DNA of 64,000 bases. It comes from Eledone cirrhosa. Lineage: Eukaryota. How positions within the stretch are numbered: the first letter of the stretch is position 1; each line of letters opens with the position of its first letter. The DNA lies in the NCBI GenBank assembly GCA_964016885.1, contig OZ024740.1, positions 292,144,001 to 292,208,000 of the forward strand, in the 5' to 3' direction. The notes under the pieces were generated by a model. The model saw only the letters and a program-made list of their open reading frames with translations. It ran no database searches and had not been told where the DNA came from. Both the position numbers and the translations under genes were made by a program. Below, piece after piece: positions 39,502 through 54,529 of this stretch.

Positions 39502-39682
39502 GAGAAGAAAGAAGAATACTGCGTGGTTTGCACATGGGTTACATATGATAAAAATAGTCCTTCGTCAGTGATTTTCCAACCATCATTGGTATTTCATCGC
39601 ATTAAAAATCAGATACCTCAGGTTGGTGTAAGCAATAACTAAAAAAAGTTATTGAGCTCAGCCGTCGGGGTCTTACTTGTTC

Positions 39683-39801
<119 letters not shown>

Positions 39802-41078
39802 CACACAATTAGAGGTTGATGAAAGGAAATTTCATCAGAGTTCTATAGAAAGCTAAGATAAAATCTAAACAGAGTTGAAGGGAATATATTTAATGAGACT
39901 GAGGGTAAAATACTAAAAAATAGGAAGAATAAATGGAAAAGACATGAAGATGGTTAAAAGTGATAAAATAGTATATAGTCCATAGTTGGAAGAAGATATA
40001 TTTAGTAACTCTTAACATAACGTAGTTGAGGCAGCAAATTGGCAGAGTCGTTAGAACGTCGGATATAATGCTTTGTGGTATTCGTTTTGGCTCTCTGCTA
40101 TCTAAGTTCAAATCTTGTTGAGGTGAGCTTTGCCTTTCATCCATTCGAGATTGATAAAATAAAGTACTATATGGAATCGATTCTTCCTCTATATTACTCT
40201 CACTTCCATTCTTTCCCTCTCTATCCTTCTCTGGTAGAAATCTGCTGTATTCAGACCTGGAGAAACTCCGTGTGTCAATGTAGTACTTCTACAACTCCCT
40301 CAAGAGTTACAGGTCCATACATACATCATCTATACTTAATATAACATTGCAGTTAGTTTGAATCAGTAGACTAAAATATATGAATTTCTTCTGTTGCAAA
40401 AGTTGATATAGGGGAGATAATCTATGCATAATCGAAAAAAATATAGCTGTAAGATGTGGGAGAAAAATACCTTTGCATTTTGACCGCGGAGCGCAGCCGA
40501 AACACCACTCTGTGGAGAGTCTGTCACTCTCTCTCCTTCCCCTTTTCTGTTTCCTTTGTCTAGTAGTCCTTGCTCTTCCCCTCCTTTTCCTCTCATTTAT
40601 GGCATTTATAGTGCTTTCCAATACTGCTCTTTTTTTTGTATGTTATATCAACAATAAATGTATATATGTATGTATATCTGTTTGCCGATATTAATACACA
40701 TACGCTAAAACGTACAGTTTAAATATTCTTTATTGTGGTTAAGTTCTGAGTCTTGTTACCTAGCCATAATAAATAAACGGTGCTGGATTATTGATTACAA
40801 AGACATGAATTCATATCTTATTGTAGTATCATGTGATATACTGGAGCAAGGGACATAACCTTTATTTCAATAGTTTGTAGGTTTTTAGCAATACTTTAGT
40901 TAACAGTGGGAAGATAGGAAGAACACATTTATTATGTATTATGCACTCAGTAACTATAAACTTATTGACCAAAATATAAAAAGAAAGATTAGGAACTACA
41001 ATGGAAGTACTGTGTAACCTCGGTTTACAAAGCCTTTCTTCACGAACAATTTTTCCGACGTTAACACGTCGACAACAG

Positions 41079-41238
41079 TTCTTCTTCTTCTTCTTCTTCT
41101 TCTTCTTCTCCTTCTCCTTCTCCTTCTCCTTCTCCTTCTTCTTCTTCTTCTTCTTCTTCTTCTTCTTCTTCTTCTTCTTCTTCTTCTTCTTCTTCTTCTT
41201 CTTCTTCTTCTTCTTCTTCTTCTTCTTCTTCTTCTTCT
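41079..41238. repeat. (CTT)n microsatellite
   Basis: Direct observation. Confidence 0.95.
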
Positions 41239-41704
41239 GTAGCAAAAGCGGAAGTAAACATAGACGTGTTGTCTTCTTCCCTATTAAAAATAGCAGCTAA
41301 ATAGAACAACAGATTTGTTCTCTACATAACGGAGAATATTAAAAGAAGTTAATATGCCCACGGGTACTAAGTACCCCTGGAAATATATAGGTTGTCTATG
41401 ATACATATATATATATATATATATATTTATGTAATAAACAACATAAGGCAATTATTCCATTTACCAGTGGTTTCTTAAAAGCAAAAAATTTTGCTTTCAA
41501 TCATCAGAATGAAAAAATCCTCGTCTGTTTATTTATATTGGATTTTAAAAACAATAATGCAATTCATCTAAAAAATTTTTTGGGGTTTTAAGAAACCACT
41601 GGTAAATGGAATAATTGCCTTATGTTGTTTATTACATAACTATTAAGCTCTGTTACCTACATAGAGCACTCTTTTTTCGTGGACTTTTCCGACGGAATTA
41701 CTTC

Positions 41705-41754
<50 letters not shown>

Positions 41755-42114
41755 GTTTGAATATGTGTAATAAGGCCAAAACAATGCAGGTATGGACATA
41801 GAAAAAAGAATGCAATAGTAAAAGAATTCGTCTTTCATCTTGAATTTATTTAAATGTCCTTAATTTTCGAGATAATATCTCTTCTTCGGAGGGAAATAAA
41901 GGTCTCAAACCAGCGTCTTAAATCTCTAGCCAACCCATGCTGACCGGAAATAGTATATATATATATATATTTAAAAGAATGGAGGTGTAACACACAAGTT
42001 ATGATATATTGGTAAACGGAAAAGAAAATGCTGACAAATTGCTCACAGTGAAAAATAGTTTAATTAGGAATAAGTGAGATTTAGTAATAGTATTGGTTAG
42101 TATTACATATATAT

Positions 42115-43910
42115 AATGGAAAAATTTGAACAGGAACAAAACAGAGAGGCAGTACAACGAATGTTTATTAATTTCACGCTCTGGAGAGTGGGGTGGTGGT
42201 AGGGAACGACGTTTCGGGCATAAGCCCTTCCTCAGGTGAGAAGTGTGTGGGAACAGAGTTCAAAGGGTGCGTAGGGGAGTGGTGGAGAAACATATAGCGA
42301 AAGGAAACGGTGCGAATGAAATTAAAAATAAAAATAAAAATGAAGCATGATCAAAATACAAGGAATGAAATAAATTTAAATATAAAAGCATGATCAAAAT
42401 AAACTGAAATTAAAAGGGGGGTAAAACAGGTGGTGGAAGGGTGTGGGGTGTGTAGGGGTGGTGGCGGGTGGAGTGGGGAGAGGGAGACGGGGTGTCCGAG
42501 CGGGGAGGGCTGAAGGTGGTGTGTGTGTGTAGGTGTACGTGTGGTGTGTGTGTGTGTGTGTGTATGTGAAAGTAAGGGTTGGGGGAAGAACGGGGTTGCA
42601 TGTTCAGGAAGAAGTGTGTGTGGGGGGGGTTGTAGGTCGGAGTGTCTGTGCGTGTGTGGATAGAGGGGTGGGGGGAGAGGAATCAGGAGGCTGAGGGTGT
42701 AAATATGTGGTGGAAAGCACGTGTGTGTGGGGTTTAAGCGTGTTGTGGGTGTAGGTGGCGTGTGGAGAAAAAAAATGTTTGGGGTGTGTGTGTGGGTGAG
42801 TTATATAGGTGATTCCGTAAGAGGATGGTTGAAAAGTTGGTAGAATCCTATGATGTTTAGTGGATTCTGTGGTGGTCAAGTTCCACATACGAGTATTCCA
42901 TGAAGAGATGGTCGGAAGAGGAGAGATGTGGGGTGCGCGCGCAACAGGAAGTGGTCAAGCAGTGGGAGTGCTGTGTGTCTGTTTGTGCTGGGAGGTGGTC
43001 AGAGGGTATAGCAGCAGTCGGTGGAATGGTAAAGGGGCGAAGATGGGTAGGTGTGAAAGTTGGAGTGAGGAGGGTGTGTGTGTGTGTATTAGTAGAGGTG
43101 TTAGTGGGATGAGTGAGTGTGGAGCGAGGGTGTGGGTGAAGCGGGGAGAGAAGGGTGTGTGTAGTTCTATGGAGGGAGTGTGCTGTACTGGTGTGTGTGT
43201 AGTTTGATGAGGGGGTGTTAGTGGGTGTTAGTATACGGGAGGTGGGGAAGGGTTGAATGCAGGTGTGAGTGGGGGTTAGTGGTGGTAGGGTGTGTAGAGT
43301 TGGTGGTGTACGAGGGTGTGTGGGTACGTGTAAGTGGGGTTGGGGGGTGTTAGTGATGTTAGTTGCGTGTGGGGTGGGTGGTGTAAGTGGGTGCGTGTGT
43401 TCGTGTGCTTAGGGTCAGGGGGTGTTAGTGAGGTTAGTTGCGGGGTGGTGGGGTGGAGGTGAGGGGGTGAGAGGTATGTGGGTGAGGGTTAGTGGTGGTA
43501 GTAGGGTGTGTGTTTAGTGTGAGCGCGTGTATATATGTGCCGGTGGGTGTGTGCGTGTGATAAGGAGGGGGAGGAGGAGAAGAAGGGAGGGATGTTAGTA
43601 TGTTAGTTGGGGAAGGGTGGTCGCATGAGGGGTGGAGTGGAGGTGTTAGTATTGTTAGTTGTGGGGTGGGCGGTGAAAAGGAGGGGTGTGTTAGTGGTGT
43701 TAGTGGGGGATAAGTGTGTGGGGAGAGGGGCGGTCGAAGGCTAAAGGAATAAGGGTGGGGAGTTCAGGCCGGGGGGAGTGTGGCTCTGTAAGATGAAGAT
43801 AGTTCTTTGTTTGACTCTAAGGCGATTGGCGGGTGTTCCGTTGCATTGGAGTAGGCCACAGACTGTGAGATGGCGTGCGGAATGTCCAGGGCCACCAAAG
43901 TGGCGGGCGA
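42115..43910 (-). mobile_element. 5'-truncated second copy of the Neptune-type PLE (EN C-terminus and 3' UTR)
   Basis: Reverse complement homologous to 32630-34400 ([10 protein letters not shown]...[11 protein letters not shown]). Flanked by TA runs. Confidence 0.88.
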
Positions 43911-43911
43911 T

Positions 43912-44540
<629 letters not shown>

Positions 44541-45106
44541 TATATACATTTTTCTTCTAACTTTGATTTTGTACCTAATTGTGTATGGATTGGCTATATA
44601 TCTAATCGATTTCCACGGGCTATTAGAAATACTGGGTAAATATTCTGTGGCTGCTGATCGCGAATAAAATAGCTATCGTTTATTTATCTATTGTTTCTTT
44701 ATAGGTGCCTTTTAATCTTATAGCCTTGTTTAATTGATTTTTTTTGTGTGGTTGGGAAAGGAAATACTGTATATATTTTATCAAATGATTCTATGGGCGT
44801 ACTTTCTTGTATATTGCTCTGATAGTTGATTATTTAATTAATTAATTCGTCATTGAGCCACACCGTGAATGGTTGCCAAAAACACATATATATATCTATG
44901 GCTCTGTCTAGTTTATATATATGTTCGGTGAATCCATACGTGCATATATATATGTGTGCATGTATGTATATATATATATACATACTATTTAATTAATATA
45001 CATACTACTGTACGTCGGTATACATATATGTATGTACGTGTACATACTTATATTTAAGTAACAGCCGTACTAAGAGTGGGAAATGAAATATCGTTTCATT
45101 TTTTCC

Positions 45107-45142
<36 letters not shown>

Positions 45143-46289
45143 ATAATAATAAAATTGAAGACTAAAATCCAAAGAGGGCTCGATAAGGAAAATATATATC
45201 AAATATATAAGAACCGTAGAGCAAATATTTATTAAAATAACAGATTAAAGTTTAAGCAAAGAATCGCTGCTTTCACCCTTAACGGGATCTTCTGAAACTA
45301 ACAAAGTCAATCTGTAAACGCAGAACTGGATATTTCAAAAAACGTTGCAGCCGGAGCAAGACAGGAAGACGATACTTTGGTTCGTGGAAAGGTTCGCTGG
45401 CAAAGAACGGGAAAAAACGAATAATACGTCATTAATAGGAGCGGTGAAAAACAATTACGCGCAAAAACACAACCACGTTTATGGTATAAAAGAGGTCGTA
45501 GACTAATGTTCTCTTAGGTAGTGCATAGAGACGTTCTCTGGCAATTAACGAAAAAACGAAGATAATAAGTCATATGTGGAGCGTGGAGAACAATAGCACG
45601 CAAAGACAAAACCACGTAAATGGTATAGCAGAAGTCGTAGACTAAAATTCTAACTAGGAGACCAAATGAATCTCCGCTACAGAGTTAAGAACAAAGTAAA
45701 TAAATACAATACAGAAGTAATAGAAACAAATAAATACATACACGCAAACAGATACGTACATACACAAGCATACGCAAAACCTTACCATAGGTATACAAAA
45801 CCACGCACATATAAATATGTGTGTATGCTTGTGTACAAATAAATAAATAATTATATAAACGTATATAAGTAAATAAATACGTATATAACAAGCGCACACA
45901 CATACCTACAAATAAATACACGAATGTTCGGAGACGTAAGTCAACTAAAACAAGAAGTACACATATACACACACCCACCATACGTACGAACCTGCATACT
46001 CACGCAGACGCAAAACTCCCGTATACACATAGCAAAACCCTAAATACCAGAATATGTAAAAATTATACGCCATAACAGTCAAATATACGTACGAGAAGGT
46101 ATACATACCTTCACAAAACATACGGGTAATATATACTTACCTATGCAAATAAGTAAAGGAATAAACAAAACATATACTTAGCTCCCACATCAAGACGTAA
46201 AATATCCACATATAGATCGTGCTATCCGTTAGGGTATAACGTGGGACTGTAATACAGGAAAGTTTTGTGCAATTTATGTTTACAAGTCG

Positions 46290-48470
46290 AAATTGCCTCA
46301 GATTATATATATTCATTGTTAAATTCCAGGATGGAATTTAACAATGAATATTGGACAAGAGCTGATACTTCCAACAATTTTGACATCACCATGGGTTCGT
46401 CAGATTCAGCGCAATTGACAGACTTGATTGGAATTTTCATCTTGAACTCTTTAAATCGGAAAATTCCTCAACTTCGCGGTGGAATATATCGTGATGATGC
46501 TCTTTTTACTGTCTTAAATTGTAACAAAGTAAACTTTAATATTATTAAGAAAAATATACTTGGACTATTTAAGCATCTTAACCTAAAAATAGAATTTGAG
46601 AATAATGATAAATTAGCAAATTTCCTCGATATATCCCTTAATCTAGATACTGGCCTATATTACCCATACCATAAGGATAATGAGAACCTAAATTATGTTA
46701 ACTTTAAATCAAACCACCCGAATAATGTTAAAATTGCTATAGTCAGAAGTGTTGAAAAAAGAATTTCTAATTTATCCTCTAATAAACATATCTTCGATGC
46801 TAATGCCAACTATTATAATAATGCGTTATCTAGGGCTGGGTATCCAGACAAAATTAAATACACTAAGGAAACTAATCTTAGCAGAACTTATAGTAATGTA
46901 GCTAGTTATAAGCATACCAGTAACATAAAGAGGAGACCTAGATATAAAAATATCCTTTGGTATAACGCTCCCTTCTCTCTTTCACTTATTATTTTTTAGG
47001 GCTTTAGATAACAGCTTCTCCCCTTCACATATTTATAGCAAGATTTTTAATAAGCATACCATTAAATTCTCATATTCCACTACTTCCAACATTTCTAAAA
47101 TTATCTCAAGACATAATTCTAAAATATTAAATAATAACTCATATGCACCAACCATGAGAGTCATAATAATAACACTCTAAGGCCCGACGTCAATGTAAAC
47201 TCAAGGCAAAATAACTTAAACATAAATACGACGTCAAACGTATCTTTGAGGAATGCTTCAAATAGTAATGTAAATCAGGAAACTTTAGCACCTCCTTTAG
47301 CTAATTCCACCACTCCTGGGCCACTGGTAAATAACTCTGTTAATAATCTTAATCGTAAATGCAACTTCCCTATTAGAACTAATTGTCCTCTTAGTAATTT
47401 CTGTCTCGATAAAAACCTAATATACGAATGTAAAGTGGTAACTAGTACCAATACCTATACCTACATTGACTCTACTTCTACTTCTTTTAAAGCAAGACTC
47501 TATAATCATTCTTCTACATTTAAATATCCACTTAAAAGGATCAGCACCGCACTCTCAGAAATTATTTGGTCCTTAAAAGACAAAAACATTAATTACGAAA
47601 TCTCTTGGCGTAAAATATGCAACGCTTTACCTTACTCCAATGCTTCCATATATAAGGTTTGTAATTTATGTCTAGCTGAAAAATTTACCATTATCTCGAA
47701 TTTCAACTCTTTAATAAATAGAGGTACGGACTTATTTGGTCTCTGTATTCATAAATCTTTTAAGACCTTTCACAAAATATATAGCTAATGTCCTATAACT
47801 TATTCTACGAATAACGATTAATTTTTTACACATATATATTTTTACACATATATCTTTTCACACATTTTTTCTCACATATTTCATTATATTCTACAATGTA
47901 TTAATCCCTTTTCTCTGCATTATTAAGCCTTTCACCTTCTTTCTCTATTGACGTAAATTTTTCGTTCAAACCTTCGTAGATTTTGTAAACAATCTATGAC
48001 GTCATATGTCTTTCTACATTTATAAACCTTTCTAGCAATTTCCTTTATTTACTTGTTGATATAAAATAATAATCAAATACTATACCCCACATATATAAAT
48101 TTTTAATAGTAATTTTTAATTTTGATATAGACTATTCTTATTTTTATTTTATTTAGTCTATCTTATTTTATTTTATTTTTTTATTTTATTTTATTTTATT
48201 TTATTTTATTTTTTAAAAAACCCTTTTTTTATAATTATTATAATTATTTTTAATTTAATTTTTATTTTATTTTATTTTATTTTATTTTATTTTATTTTTA
48301 TTTTATTAATACATTTTTACACTTCTTAATCCAATTTTTAGTATTCAAACTCAATATTAAATAATATACCCAGTTTCTATATTCTAGACCACTAATATTT
48401 GTAACATTAGCACATTCACCTCATCAATTTATTTATTTATTTATTTATTTATTTGTTTTTATTATTTTTT
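46290..48470 (+). mobile_element. Penelope-like element of a second, AT-rich clade (RT plus C-terminal GIY-YIG), 5'-truncated
   Basis: FDITMGSSDSA, GGIYRDDAL, NFLDISLNL, KSNHP, ILWYNAPFS; C-terminal CPLSNFCL..LIYEC..YI.STSTSFKARLYNH...CNLCLAEK; stop at 47788; AT-rich 3' UTR. Clade not determined. Confidence 0.88.
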
Positions 48471-48639
48471 TAGCCGTTATTCACAGCTGTTTTTTCATTT
48501 TTGACAGCGTTCCCGATCAAGAGGTCTAGGAAAGGTGACCCAAACATTGTCTGTTCCACCAGCAAGCTGGTCAGCAAGCTGCGACTGACGCTGTTCATAC
48601 TGCCAAGTGAAACAAGAAGAATATTAATTTTTAAAAGAA

Positions 48640-49520
48640 TAGAATTGTACTGAATGTTGCGTCATGGAATATAAGAACACTTCTTCACAGGGAACCATTC
48701 ACAAATTCAGAACGCATGATTGCTATTGTTGGAAGAGAATTGAGCAGGTATAATATTGAAATAGCTGCACTCTCTGAAACTCGTCTTAGTGGTGAAGGTC
48801 ATCTATCAGAGAGAGGTGCTGGCTATACGTTCTTCTAGAAAGGGAAACCGAATGGGAAGAAAGGGAATGGAAGAGCAGGTTTTGCTGTCCGGACAGAGAT
48901 CACAAAACGACTGGAGCAACCACAAGGCATCAGTGATCGAATTATACATCTAAGAGTTCCTGTTTTAAGTGGACGTTTCATGACTATTATCTCAGTGTAT
49001 GTCCCTACCCTGCATAGTAGCCAGGAATCAATCATAGCTTTTTACCAAGATTTGCGCGGGTGTATAATATCGATTCCACATTTGGACAAGATTTTGCTTC
49101 TTGGAGATTTTAACGCACGTGTGGTAAAGGATGACCACATCTGGAATGTTTTAGGACGTCACAGCATGGGAAAAATGAATGCCAATGGTCTTCTCCTTTT
49201 GCAAGTATGCGCTGAGTTTGAGCTGGTCCTTTAGCAAAAGAAGATCCCCAAGGCAACATGGATACACCCTAGATCGAAACATGGACACATCTTGGATTAT
49301 ATCATTACCAGGAAGAGAGACCTCCAGAATATATGCTCTGTAAGAGTATGCGTGGTGCAGAATGTGTTACATACCACAAACTTTTGCGTGGCAAGATGAA
49401 GGTGCAGGTCAGAAAAAATATTGAGGGCAGTAGGGGTACAAGTGCCAAAACGTACAGATGTGTCAAAACTGCAAAGTATAGAAATGCGAGATGCTCTTCA
49501 AAATGCACTTGACGTCCTCG
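48640..49520 (+). mobile_element. RTE/BovB-like LINE endonuclease fragment
   Basis: LNVASWNIRTL, IAALSETRLSGEG, GYTFF, TIISVYVPT, LLGDFNARV, HILDYIIT motifs. Confidence 0.85.
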
Positions 49521-49544
49521 TTGATGGAACGGGAGTATTCCCAG

Positions 49545-49890
49545 TTCTGTGAGCCAAGGAGCAGTAGTCCCGCTGAAAAAGGATATGAACAAGGGGAACT
49601 ATATCGATAATTTTAGACCCATAACGTTGCTAAACGCACGCAGAGTTCAAAATGTTGGTCAAGGTGTTAACGATGCGTGTGGTACTTGTCATGAGGGTTT
49701 AATGAGGGAGGCGTAGACATTCGCCATTCTAAACAGATCCATCCATGACAACCTTCACCTTATTTAATACATCACAGAGGGGGTGGCTAAGGAACCTGAC
49801 ACGGGTGGTACCCTGATCAATTGAAAGCTTTCGATAGGGTCGATCATCAGTACCTGACGGCGGTCCTCAAGGCAGCTGGTTTCGGGCTTC
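49545..49890 (+). mobile_element. L1/Tx1-like RT fragment
   Basis: DNFRPITLLNA, RSIHDNLHL and KAFDRVDHQYL motifs. Confidence 0.7.
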
Positions 49891-50065
49891 TTATTAGTCT
49901 TCTAAAACGTCCTCTCTGACTAACCCTCTCCGATACCAACTGTTAAAATTACCCAAGCAACTCTTGGGTTCTCGGGTAACTTTAACGGCTGTTGCCCACT
50001 CTGTTACAGTCAGGCTAGCATTGATTATCTCTCCTCCCCTTTTCCATGCACACATTGCTCTATAG

Positions 50066-50700
50066 CAGTAGTTCCCAAACTTTTTTTTATCGTGGAATCC
50101 CTTGACATTATCGCGGAACCCCTTGCACATGAATTAAACTAGTAGTTGCGGAAGGTTGTGCTGCATGTTTAACAATTTCTGTATCTTCTATAGAAGATTT
50201 TGTTTCTGTATTACTTGTAATTTCAGTTCCTTTACGAATTTTTTGTTTTTTTTAACCATCGATCTATTGAAGAGCTTTGAAAATAAAAATTTTAATAAAA
50301 CACAAAAATAAACTCGTTGTCAAGGAGCAAACGTTTATTGATACAGGACACAGCACGCGCTCACCGTGTGAGACTTGGTACCTATGTTACGTTTAAGAGA
50401 GAACTTAAATATTCAAATGAGAGATTCAAATACGTAAGTTTATTGTAAAAAGTTATAAATCTGATTATAATTCTGAGTATTACACGGTGCTCACAGTAGA
50501 CCCTTAATAATGGAATACTATAACCTAACTGAACGATTTGGCTGAGAGCTCCGCAGTGTAACACTCTTTGCATGTTTATATGTGGAGTATATACCGATCA
50601 TACACGTTACAACTTGTTAGTCTTTATTTTTATATAACTTCAACTTGCGCCTTACGGAACCCCTGGCCTTGCTTCACGGAACCCACTTTGGGAACCACTG
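50066..50700. mobile_element. Non-autonomous hAT (Charlie-like) element
   Basis: TIRs CAGT(A/G)GTTCCCAAA; perfect 8-bp TSD CTCTATAG at 50058-65 and 50701-08. Confidence 0.92.
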
Positions 50701-51445
50701 CTCTATAGCTATTGACGTTGGGAATGAGGGTAGGATCAATCCAATCAGTTTCAGAGGACCTTGCAAACGTCATGGGTTCTGTCCCTCTTTTTCTGATGCT
50801 ACAATGTCGGTTATTTTACATTACCAATACTTAGCCCAAGGAAAACAACAACAAGCAAAAGTGTTTTCCGTATTTTACTCTAATCTTTCCTGGATATTTT
50901 ACTGTTGTTAATGGCGAATAGAAAGTAAGTTCAGTTAACTTCATTCACTTAACTTTTTATTTCCTGTCACTATAAACTACATTTACTTAGCGTTTAGTAA
51001 AAGATACCACTAGAAGAGTTGTTATTTTTGTTTAACCCCTAAGTCAGCCCCTATCCTGTAGTCCTATAATCACGGTGTTCCAGTCATGCCCATTCCGTCT
51101 GCTATTTCGAGGTGGTCCAATGACCATGTTTAAGTTTCTTTATAGTTTCAATGCTAGTAGAATTGTTGAATGTGGCTGAAAGTAAAAACAAATTGTATCT
51201 AGTTTAACACAGAGATAACGTTGAATCAAAATCTTCCTAAAACTCGACAAAATAGATTCCAATATTATTCTTGAATGAAGTCACGGTGGTGGATTGGTAG
51301 AATCGATAGAGTGTCGGACAAAATGCGTTGCGGTATTTAGTTACGATTTTCTACGTTTTGAGTTCAGATTTCACCGAGGTCAACTTTACTTTTCATCCTT
51401 CCAGAGTCGAAAAAATAGGTACCAAATAACTACTGGGTCTATATA

Positions 51446-51772
51446 CAGTTCTCCCCCTGTATTCACGGGGGTTACGTTCCTAGAGCACCCGCGAAGAGTG
51501 AAAACCCGCGAATATTGGACGTGGTCCATAGAAGTGCCTATAAACGTCAAAACATAACGTAAAATATAGGTCGGTAAATACGGTATATTGTTATTAATAA
51601 TTTAGCGTTAAAAAGCGTGAAAAAATATATATTGCCACGAAAAAAGCCATAAAAACATTGCGGAAGATATTTACGATTCCGCGAATATGCGGTGCTTTCC
51701 ACGAACAATTATTAATTAGGTTCTAAGGAAAAATCCGCGAATAACCGGGACCGCGAATACCGGGGTACACTG
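51446..51772. mobile_element. Tigger/pogo-like MITE inserted in a SINE
   Basis: TA|CAGT...ACTG|TA termini with imperfect TIRs and internal CCGCGAATA repeats. It splits a SINE spanning ~51285-51830. Confidence 0.8.
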
Positions 51773-52904
51773 TAATCGACTTTTTCTTCCCCCAAATTGC
51801 TGGCATTATGCCAATATTAGAAAGAATTATTATAACATTGTACAAAAATTAGTTTCAACCTCTACACGCACCTCTAATCAATACACATGTATTCCAAATA
51901 CCTTTGATCTTTTTCTCCCAACTAAACCCAGTCTCTAGTAAACCATCATCATCTTTGCACCTACAGGATCGTCTGCCAACTCCCTTACTGTGACTACCCC
52001 CCCCCCCCTACCCCCCACATATTCACATAGTATACCTCTATCATACATGCCAGCTCTCATAGCACTTTAAATCAGTTGACTCGGGTGAACCATGATATTT
52101 CTACGCTAACCATTCCTGGTAGCTTATTTCTGGTCCATCAGAGATGGGCTAAACAGATGATTGGAACAATCCATTTAGGAAGTCTTTCCACACACCAAAC
52201 ATAACCCCAAATATCTCAAATAGTTCCCTCATAGCTGCCTTGTTATAGATCTCAAATAGTTCACTCATAGCTGCCTTTCTATAGTCCCTTATAAACAATC
52301 ATTCAAAGTCCCTTATAAACAATCATACCACATTGGTGTACGCGGTATCGCAATATCAATGTGACGAGAAGCAAACCACTGTAGAGGACAGTTAGGAAAA
52401 GCGAATGAAGATTAGGTGACTTACAAGGAGTTCGAAAGTGCATCGAAGATTTTTAGAAGATTTTTAGCAGATAAAGAAGATTTTTTAGCAGATTTTTAGC
52501 AGATAAAGAAGATTTTTTAGCAGATTTTTAGAAGATTTTTAGCAGATAAATCTTTAAAATATGATTTTTAGTTGCGAGAAGGATCCTTAAAGAAGATTAG
52601 GTTATAAGGCTGCGTGTTTAAGTTTCTTCATGAGGAAAGGATCAAATAGGAAAGCACGGCGAGGAAATAACAAGGATTTATTTTTCTCCGTAAAATATTA
52701 CAATAGAATGTTAGGCGCCATTGTGGAATATATCTAGGTAGGATGTTGCTGGGCCCTTGCCGAGAGGGCCATAGTTCCTTGGTAAATGTTTCATCTTGCC
52801 AGTTACTCCAGGGAACGAATTTAGTAACGTCCTGTTTGTACAAAAATGAAGCTGTAACTGTTTAGACGTGAAAAGAAAGGCGCGAAGCAATTGCTGGGCG
52901 GAAT

Positions 52905-53606
52905 ATATATAGTGCCACCAGTGACCCAATATATATAGATAGTGTCACTAACGACCCAATATATATAGTGCCACCAGTGACCCAATATATATAGTGCCAC
53001 CAATGACCCAATATATGTAGTGCCACCAGTGACCCAATATATGTAGTGCCACCAATGACCCAATATATGTAGTGCCACCAGTGACCCAATATATGTAGTG
53101 CCACCAGTGACCCAATATATATAGTACCACCAGTAGCCCAATATATGTTGTACCACCAGTGACCCAATATATATAGTACCACCAGTAGCCCAATATATGT
53201 AGTGCCACCAGTGGCCCAATATATGTAGTGTCACCAGTGACCCAATATATATAGTGTCACCAGTGACCCAATATATATAGATAGTGTCACTAATGACCCA
53301 ATATATGTAGTGTCACCAGTGACCCAATATATGTAGTGACACCAATGGCTCAATATATGTAGTGCCACCAGTGGCCCAATATATGTAGTGCCACCAGTGA
53401 CCCAATATATGTAGTGACACCAATGGCTCAATATATGTAGTGCCACCAGTGGCCCAATATATATAGTGTCACCAGTGACCCAATATATATAGTACCACCA
53501 GTAGCCCAATATATGTTGTACCACCAGTGACCCAATATATGTAGTGACACCAATGGCTCAATATATGTTGTGATACAAGTGACCCAATATATGTAGTGTC
53601 ACCAAT
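52905..53606. repeat. 26-bp minisatellite, ~26 copies
   Basis: Unit GTGCCACCAGTGACCCAATATATGTA; the 26-aa periodicity of the spurious ORFs confirms the unit length. Confidence 0.95.
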
Positions 53607-54529
53607 GCTGGGGATAACGATGGAGAAAAATTGAACCCGGCGGATTTCAAATAAAAAATCCCTGGGTCTCACGAGAGAGTCACTATGTTAAGACAGGATG
53701 GTGTGCCATGCAAGGAGTGTCTAGTTCTGGTTAACAAACTGTTTCTCATTCGTCAAAGAACTTGGAAAGATATGACTGTATATTACTGGGAAAGAGCAGA
53801 AGACATTCACCTTCCCTAAGAATATAATTCAACCCCTCTTGATAATTCAGGCCAATTTTACCTCTGAATGTAGATAGAAAAATCTGGTGTCCTTGGCACT
53901 AGGGCTACCTCCCTACTCACCACCATAGGCGCTGAGCTAGCCAGCCGCAGGTGTGAGCCTCGCGAGTTGGAATGGCTCTTCCAGTGCATCTCCCTTACCA
54001 CCCTGTCTCCATTCTCTCCGCTGGGGCTGTAGGGAGGCCAGCACGTTGGACCCCATTTGCTCACCATACAGAGAGATGGGGAGGGCGAGAGAGATGGAGG
54101 CGATGACAGTGGGAGTTCGGCTCTTCCACGTTTGGACCATATCCTTGTGGTTGTGTTCTCCTAAGTCTCTATCAGGAGTCCTAACAGTGATAAGTTGTCA
54201 TACCACTTTGATTCTCTAGTTCATATTTTAACTTACGTATATTAATTCACCCAAACTTTTTTTCCTTGCCATTATTGCCAGACGAGTGATGACATTTGTT
54301 GGCTAATGCAGACTTGTCAGCTCTCCCTGTCCGACGGGGAGACCCCACCCACACACACTTTGGGGTGGGTGAGAGATGTCTTCTCTTATGAAAATGGGTA
54401 TAGCTTTCATTATGTAAAATCTCCCCTTATTGTCTAATTTCTCCCCGTTTTGGAGCACTTTTTTTCATGGTACTCCCCGTTTAGATTTTTAGAGATTGGC
54501 AGGTCTGCTAATGTCTACATCGATGGTAC

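Noticed and set aside
40862-41309. polyK/polyE/polyF ORFs
   Set aside because: (CTT)n microsatellite.
52905-53606. Regular short repeats resembling a CRISPR array, and W/Y/H-rich ORFs
   Set aside because: The units are contiguous with no unique spacers, there are no cas genes, and the context is eukaryotic. It is a 26-bp minisatellite.
53858-54219. GC-rich segment with overlapping short ORFs
   Set aside because: No recognisable domain; probably an unidentified TE fragment.
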